NCBI RefSeq assembly: GCF_036365525.1
Contig: NC_090402.1
Coordinates: 23,474,987-23,538,986, forward strand
Direction: 5' to 3'
DNA from: Heterodontus francisci
Taxonomy: Eukaryota
DNA length: 64,000 bases
Shown here one piece after another: positions 59,701 through 64,000 of the stretch. How positions within the stretch are numbered: position 1 is the stretch's first letter; each line of letters begins with the position of its first letter. A program made the position numbers and the translations under genes. The notes beneath the pieces are model-generated. The model was not told the origin of the DNA. It saw only the letters and a list, made by a program, of their open reading frames with translations, and ran no database searches.

Positions 59701-60140
59701 GTGTGTGGGATTGTGAAGATGGAAAATGTAAGAAGATCCTTCAGGTAATACATCCCCAGTCTTTAGTGTATCTATTTGACATGAGCAGTTACACTATCTA
59801 GATATTCCAAGGCCAGTTTAACATGATTAATATTTTTCCAAAAACAATTGTAATGTAATCTGTACCTTAATTTGAGACTTTTATGATAGAATCACCAATA
59901 TTTGATAATTCTCATTCCCCTTCCCCACGGCTACATTAAAAAAAACCTTTAATCAGGATATTTGTACAGAACAGTTTCTAATCATGTTAACACTCTACTC
60001 TGATCTGACCAATGAACCTCCTTGTTTGATGATTGATTATCTTTTCTTTCTTCCCCTAGGGGAAGTTGGATATCATCTTCAGTTGTCAATTTTCTCCTTC
60101 TGATACCCTTCTGACTGCAGGAACTTCTGATCTGGATTGA
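26660..60140 (+). CDS. WDR38: WD repeat-containing protein 38, 295 aa, 9 coding exons
   Basis: All introns are GT-AG with consistent phase (69+121+117+98+81+123+150+48+81 = 888 nt). Repeated GH...WD motifs; segments correspond to recalled human WDR38; adjacent to RPL35 as in mammals. Confidence 0.9.
27860..28240 (+). mobile_element. L2-type LINE 3' fragment
   Basis: Closely similar to 38625-39010. Confidence 0.7.
29269..29389 (+). CDS. WDR38: WDR38 exon 2
   Basis: cag|VNQCAFSSDGRLLLTASDDHRVCVWNVGTGKLLSKIKGHT|gtatga. Confidence 0.92.
30440..35695 (+). mobile_element. Near full-length Tx1-like (L1 clade) LINE, frameshifted
   Basis: ORF1 with three CCHC-type knuckles (CRTCSKSGHMAANC; C.KEGHQTKDC; CKLCGEAGHLYKTC). 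ORF2 APE (IASINV, GDFN), RT (ISLLNVDYKI, LDQEKAFDR, YMDD), C-terminal C-x-C-x-H-x-C finger. AATAAA and A-rich end at ~35670-35695. Confidence 0.9.
31465..31628 (+). mobile_element. 5'-truncated HE1-like SINE inserted into Tx1 ORF1
   Basis: ttgtaaattgcccctagtg...gggccgaagggcctgtttcagtgctgtatctctaaa(TAAA)n. Confidence 0.8.
36010..36357 (-). mobile_element. CR1 LINE 3' end fragment
   Basis: Similar to 14000-14350 (3' tail and ORF2 C-terminus). Confidence 0.75.
36358..37210 (-). mobile_element. LTR-like element interrupting a CR1 fragment
   Basis: Starts TGTTAC; the first ~90 nt resemble the reverse complement of the 39897 terminus; right boundary uncertain. Confidence 0.5.
37365..39015 (+). 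mobile_element. 5'-truncated L2 LINE (RT plus 3' end), frameshifted
   Basis: LQSGFHP..S.ETA, LSAAFD.ID, GVPQGSILG.LLF, (Y)ADDT; conserved 3' tail. Confidence 0.88.
39081..39897 (+). mobile_element. Putative solo LTR (817 bp)
   Basis: TGTCA...TAACA termini, internal AATAAA near 39700, near-match 4-bp flanks tgat/tgaa. Confidence 0.55.
40969..41693. mobile_element. GC-rich non-autonomous TIR element (MITE)
   Basis: TIRs GGCTGGAATTTTA / TAAAAATCCAGCC; homologous to 47084-47799; inserted within a decayed CR1 (~40100-42860). Confidence 0.7.
42861..44110 (-). mobile_element. LTR-like element with an internal ~70-bp tandem duplication (~43235-43378)
   Basis: Starts TGTTACA; reverse-strand polyA signal (tttatt motifs); right end uncertain. 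Confidence 0.45.
43792..43899. mobile_element. Short Penelope-like element (inverted terminus fused to one arm)
   Basis: 15-bp TSD ACAACCGCCTGCTAT (43777-43791, 43900-43914). Confidence 0.78.
44256..44372 (+). CDS. WDR38: WDR38 exon 3
   Basis: cag|(G)PVKACAFSADSKLFATGSYDCTVRVWDTERAQCLRILQ|gtatct. Confidence 0.92.
44637..44713 (+). mobile_element. Truncated Penelope-like terminus
   Basis: 13-bp TSD ATGATTTTCTGGT (44624-44636, 44714-44726); gctgccagacctgctgag...gcagtattttgct. Confidence 0.72.
44882..45212 (-). mobile_element. HE1-like V-SINE
   Basis: Same family as 11995-12319. Confidence 0.85.
45710..46400 (-). mobile_element. Decayed CR1 3' fragment
   Basis: RLEKLGFSLEQRWLRGDLINVFKIMKG...TRGH ORF2 C-terminal motif. 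Confidence 0.7.
47084..47799. mobile_element. GC-rich non-autonomous TIR element (MITE), possibly PIF/Harbinger
   Basis: TIRs GGCTGGAATTTTAC / GTAAACTTCTGGCC, flanked by CAG on both sides; paralog of 40969-41693. Confidence 0.7.
48309..49659 (+). mobile_element. Young 5'-truncated RTE-clade LINE with an uninterrupted RT C-terminal ORF (to 49606)
   Basis: GVKQGCVLAPTLF, LFADD, FTYLGS, LRWLGHVSRM, C-terminal CxxC..H finger; (GAA)n tail; 10-bp TSD AGCACTAAAT (48299-48308, 49660-49669). Confidence 0.92.
50075..50172 (+). CDS. WDR38: WDR38 exon 4
   Basis: tag|(G)HTKSVETVCFSSDSSLLASGSWDYTAVLWDPK|gttagt. Confidence 0.92.
50690..52805 (+). mobile_element. Decayed Ty3/Gypsy LTR retrotransposon (LTR/PBS-like region, protease, RT, RNase H)
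   Basis: KIDTGVSTNILP protease motif near 51315, KKDGAIRVCLD, TTFWTPFGRYCFQRLPFGL, QDGKPIAF.SKSL. Confidence 0.78.
52876..56960 (-). mobile_element. Near full-length CR1 LINE (ORF1 zinc finger/esterase, ORF2 APE-RT), frameshifted
   Basis: IGESIVRGTDRRFCG, CIYFNARSL, YLDFSKAFDKVPH, GSVLGPLLF, FADD; 3' tail gggccgaagggcctgtttctgtgctgta shared with the HE1 SINEs. Confidence 0.92.
57015..57375 (-). mobile_element. L2-type LINE 3' fragment
   Basis: Reverse complement of the 38625-39010 family. Confidence 0.7.
58020..58100 (+). CDS. WDR38: WDR38 exon 5
   Basis: cag|SGQLVKSLTGHQNVIKACAISFDGEHL|gtaacc. Confidence 0.9.
58829..58951 (+). CDS. WDR38: WDR38 exon 6
   Basis: cag|ATGSWDCTVMVWNLQSMERQFILHGHTGNVSCVAFSRIGML|gtaagt. 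Confidence 0.92.
59463..59612 (+). CDS. WDR38: WDR38 exon 7
   Basis: tag|ASGSWDKTVRVWDSRNGLLIFLLTEHTGRVMALSFSLDAILLVTAAEDET|gtagaa. Confidence 0.92.
59697..59744 (+). CDS. WDR38: WDR38 exon 8
   Basis: tag|VRVWDCEDGKCKKILQ|gtaata. Confidence 0.9.
60060..60140 (+). CDS. WDR38: WDR38 exon 9 (terminal coding exon)
   Basis: tag|GKLDIIFSCQFSPSDTLLTAGTSDLD TGA. Confidence 0.88.
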   Translation, partial: GKLDIIFSCQFSPSDTLLTAGTSDLD

Positions 60141-60943
60141 CAATCACAAAGGAATCTGTTATCAACGTAGACGATGCAACTATGATTCAACACCAAGAGG
60201 TTTTAAAAAGAAGTTGGATCCTTCTTCAAGAGTATCTTCATAGTTAGTCATGCAGACCACTTTAATGAAGTTAGAGAAATTGCTTTTTGGCATCGCTCAC
60301 ATTTACAAAAAAAACTTATTTATGGTACTGTCCGTATTAGAAGCAAGAAAGAACTTTCATTTATATCACGACTTTCACAACCTCAGTGTGTCCCAAAGTG
60401 CTGACTTAAACTCTCACTAAAACTGATTATCCAATTATGTATCTCATCGCTGTTTGTGATATCTTGCTGTGCACCAATTGGCTGCTGCAGTTCCTAGATT
60501 TTAACAGTGGCTATACTTCAAAATATTTCATCGCCATTAGGTGGCACCAAGTCTCCCACTTGTCTTCATTGAGTCCCATCTTCCAATTGTTTTCATTCAG
60601 AAGTATGGGGGTCTTTTACATTTATCTGTTTTTTTTCTTTTGTTTAATTTATTTTAGTTCATTCCCAGAACTCTCCTATACTGCCTCGTATGCCGATCCC
60701 ACTCCTCATCATCCTTGCTTATCACCTCTGCACTGTCCTACATCTGTTATGGTGCTGGAAAATATTTTGTTTTTGTTGACTCCTTATTGAAAATCAAGCT
60801 CTTCTCCTGTGATTCAGTACTTCATCCTCATCCCATCAACTGGCAGCTTACTCAAAAGCAGTGCCTGCCTCCTGGTCCCACCTACTTTAAAACATTATGA
60901 GCAATTCAAAATGGCTAGTGTGCTAGGAATGTCAAAATAGTCG

Positions 60944-62975
60944 TCTTCTTCTTTCTTCTTCTTTGGCCTCCTTGTCTCGAGAGTCAATGGGTAAGCGCCT
61001 GGAGGTGGTCAGTGGTTTGTGAAGCAGCGCCTGGAGTGGCTATAAAGGCCAATTCTAGAGTGACATGCTCTTCCACAGGTGCTGCAGATAAAATTGGTTG
61101 TCAGGGCTGTTACACAGTTGGCTCTCTCCTTGCGCTTCTGTCTTTTTTCCTGCCAACTGCTAAGTCTTTCGACTCGCCATACTTTAGCCCCACCTTTATG
61201 GCTGTCCACCAGCTCTGGCGATCACTGGCAACTGACTCCCACAACTTGTGATCAATGTCACAGGACTTCATGTCGCGTTTGCAGACGTCTTTAAAGCGGA
61301 GACATGGACGGCCGGTGGGTCTGATACCAGTGACGAGCTCGCTGTACAATGTGTCCTTGGGGATCCTGCCATCTTCCATGCAGCTCACATGGCCAAGCCA
61401 TCTCAAGCGTGCTGGCTCAGTAGGGTGTATATACTGGGGATGTTGGCTGCCTCGAGGACTTCTGTGTTGGCGATATGGTCCTGCTACCTGATGCCAAGTA
61501 TTCTCCGGAGGCAGCGAAGATGGAATGAATTCAGACATCGCTCTTGGCTGACATACGTTGCCCAGGCCTCGCTGCCATAGAGCAAGGTACTGAGGACACA
61601 GGCTTGATACACTTGGACTTTTGTGTTCCGTGTCAGTGCGCCATTTTCCCACACTCTCTTGGCCAGTCTGGACATAGCAGTGGAAGCTTTTCCCATGCGC
61701 TTGTTGATTTCTGCATTGAGAGACAGGTTACTGGTGATAGTTGATAGTTCACCTAAGTAGGTGAACTCTCGAACCACTTCCAGAGTGTGGTTGCCGATAT
61801 TGATGGATGGAGCATTTCTGACGTCCTGTCCCATGATGTTCATTTTCTTGAGGCTGCTGGTTAGGCCAAATTCGTTGCAGGCAGCTGCAAGCTTGTCAAT
61901 GAGTCTCTGCAGACACTCTTCAGTGTGAGATGTTAATGCAGCATCGTCAGCAAAGAGGAGTTCCCTGATGAGGACTTTCCGTACTTTGGTCTTCGATCTT
62001 AGACAGGCAAGGTTGAACAACCTGCCATCTGATCTTGTGTGGAGGAAAATTCCTTCTTCTGAAGACTTGAACGCATGTGAGAACAGCAGGGAGAAGAAGA
62101 TCCCAAACAGTGTAGGTGCGAGAACACAGCCCTATTTCACGCCACTCAGGATAAGAAAGGGGTCTGATGAGGCACCGCTATGCTGAATTGTTCCTTTCAT
62201 ATTGTCATGGAATGAGGTGATGATACTTAGTAGCTTTGGTGGACATCCAATCTTTTCCAGTAGTATGAAGAGACCACGTCTGCTGACGAGGTCAAAGGCT
62301 TTGGTGAGATCAATGAAAGCAACGTAGAGGGGCATCTGTTGTTCGCGGCATTTCTCCTGTAGCTGGTGAAGGGAGAACAGCATGTCAATGGTGGATCTCT
62401 CTGCTCGAAAGCCGCACTGTGCCTCAGGGTAGACATGCTCAGCCAGCTTTTGGAGTCTGTTTAAAATGACTCGAGCGAAGACTTTTCCCACTATGCTGAA
62501 CAGGGAGATTCCACGGTAGTTGTTGCAGTCACCGCGGTCACCTTTGTTCTTATAGAGAGTGATGATATTGGCATCACGCATGTCCTGTGGTACTGCTCCC
62601 TCATCCCAGCAGAGGCAAAGCAGTTCGTAGATTGCTGAGAGTATAGCAAGCTTGGCACTCTTGATTATTTCAGGGGTAATGCCGTCCTTCCCAGGGGCTT
62701 TTCCGCTGGCTAGAGAATCAATGGGATCACTGAATTCCGATTTTGTTGGCTGTATGTCCATCTCATACTCCATGACTGGGCTGCATTGAGGGCAGTCTCA
62801 GTGACAACATTCTCTCTGGAGTACAGTTCTAGGTAGTGCTCCACCCAGCGGTCCATTTGCTTGCGTTGGTCAGTGATTGTGTCCCCTGATTTAGATTTGA
62901 GGGGGGCCATCTTTTTGATGTTTGGCCCAAAAGCTCGCCATGCCATCATACATTCCTCTGATGTTTCCGGTGTTG
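60944..62975 (-). mobile_element. RTE-clade LINE, 5'-truncated and frameshifted; same family as 48309-49659
   Basis: NYRGISL, PEAQCGFR, FIDLTKAFD, LFADD; (GAA)n tail at ~60944-60963. Confidence 0.9.
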
Positions 62976-63784
62976 GAACAAGAAGAATGTTGCCAGGATG
63001 CACAATAGAGCTGGAAGGTAGGGCACAAGGCTTGAAGCCAAGTGGGTAAATAGTCAGGCAGGAAGGGGAAAAAATACAGAGGGGGATGGAGAGGAGTACA
63101 TGAGTGGACTTGTCAGAATTCTAGGAGAGGAAAAAGATAGGGGAGTGAATGTCTTAGTTTCTATTTTTGAATGGGGTGCTACAGTTGTATCACAGCGGTA
63201 CAAGAAGCTTTTATGCAAAGAGAGAGAGAGAGAGAGAACACAAGCCATGGGTGCCATTCTGATCAGAGAATAGTGTCCATGCTGTGCACACTTCCTACAT
63301 GACCAGTGCCAGATGCCATTTTGGTGAGGGCATTAGCACAGGTGATTGTGCACCAGAAGTTTGCAGAGTTGGCAGATCGTGATGCCATTCAGCATGTAAC
63401 ACTGATTTGACACCAGTGTTGCCGTTTTCAACCTCGCCTCTTCAGCTACTGACCTCTTAACCTTGGACAGATGAACATGCAGCAGCAGGAAGGACCCCTC
63501 ACCAAATATACTACATCTACTGGTTCCGTTTTATCTACCCTACCAGTGACATCCTCAAAAAAGAATTTAATGGGATCATCAAATGCTTTCAGGTTAGTTG
63601 CTGATTGATTTCTACTGGCTCGGTCCGAGTTTGTAGAAGTGCTGTGAGTTTTATAGTACTATTTAAAGTTGTGAAGTCTACAGGAAGTGATTTGCTCATG
63701 GTGAAGGCCTTAGTTCTGACTTCAAGAGTTCTCTCAGACCACTTTCTCCCAGTCGTATCATCGTTTTATTGGACAATATGGTTT

Positions 63785-64000
63785 TATGAAGGAAAAATCA
63801 TGTTTGACAAATTTGTTAGAGTTCTTTGAGGATATAACAAGCAGAGTGGATAAAGGGGAACTGGTAGATGTAGTGTATTTGGATTTTCAGAAGGCGTTTG
63901 ATAAGGTGCCACATAAAAGGTTATTGCACAAAATAAGAGTTCAGGGTATTGGGGGTAATGTGTTGCCGTGGATTGAGGATTGGCTAACACACAGAAGGCA
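63785..64000 (+). mobile_element. CR1 RT fragment running off the window end
   Basis: KSCLTNLLEFFEDITSRVDKGELVDVVYLDFQKAFDKVPHKRL. Confidence 0.8.

Overview
Vertebrate genomic DNA, almost certainly from a shark or other elasmobranch given its repeat set (HE1-type V-SINEs, CR1/HER1, L2, RTE, Tx1, Penelope-derived elements). It carries three spliced genes of the conserved ARPC5L-RPL35-WDR38 cluster. ARPC5L (- strand) has exons 1-3 in the window, and its intron 1 is a U12 AT-AC intron. RPL35 (+) is complete (4 exons, 123 aa, GC-AG intron 3) and lies head-to-head with ARPC5L. WDR38 (+) is complete (9 exons, 295 aa) and spans 33.5 kb of TE-filled introns. Two observations stand out. First, a decayed inverted copy of WDR38 exons 6-9 (~19.25-21.37 kb) sits tail-to-tail with RPL35, while the intact gene faces the other way, which suggests a staggered-break inversion. 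Second, a family of short, TSD-flanked, palindromic Penelope-like elements is present, and one copy in RPL35 intron 3 carries hammerhead ribozyme core motifs on both strands. All homology calls come from recall and manual reading; no searches were run.
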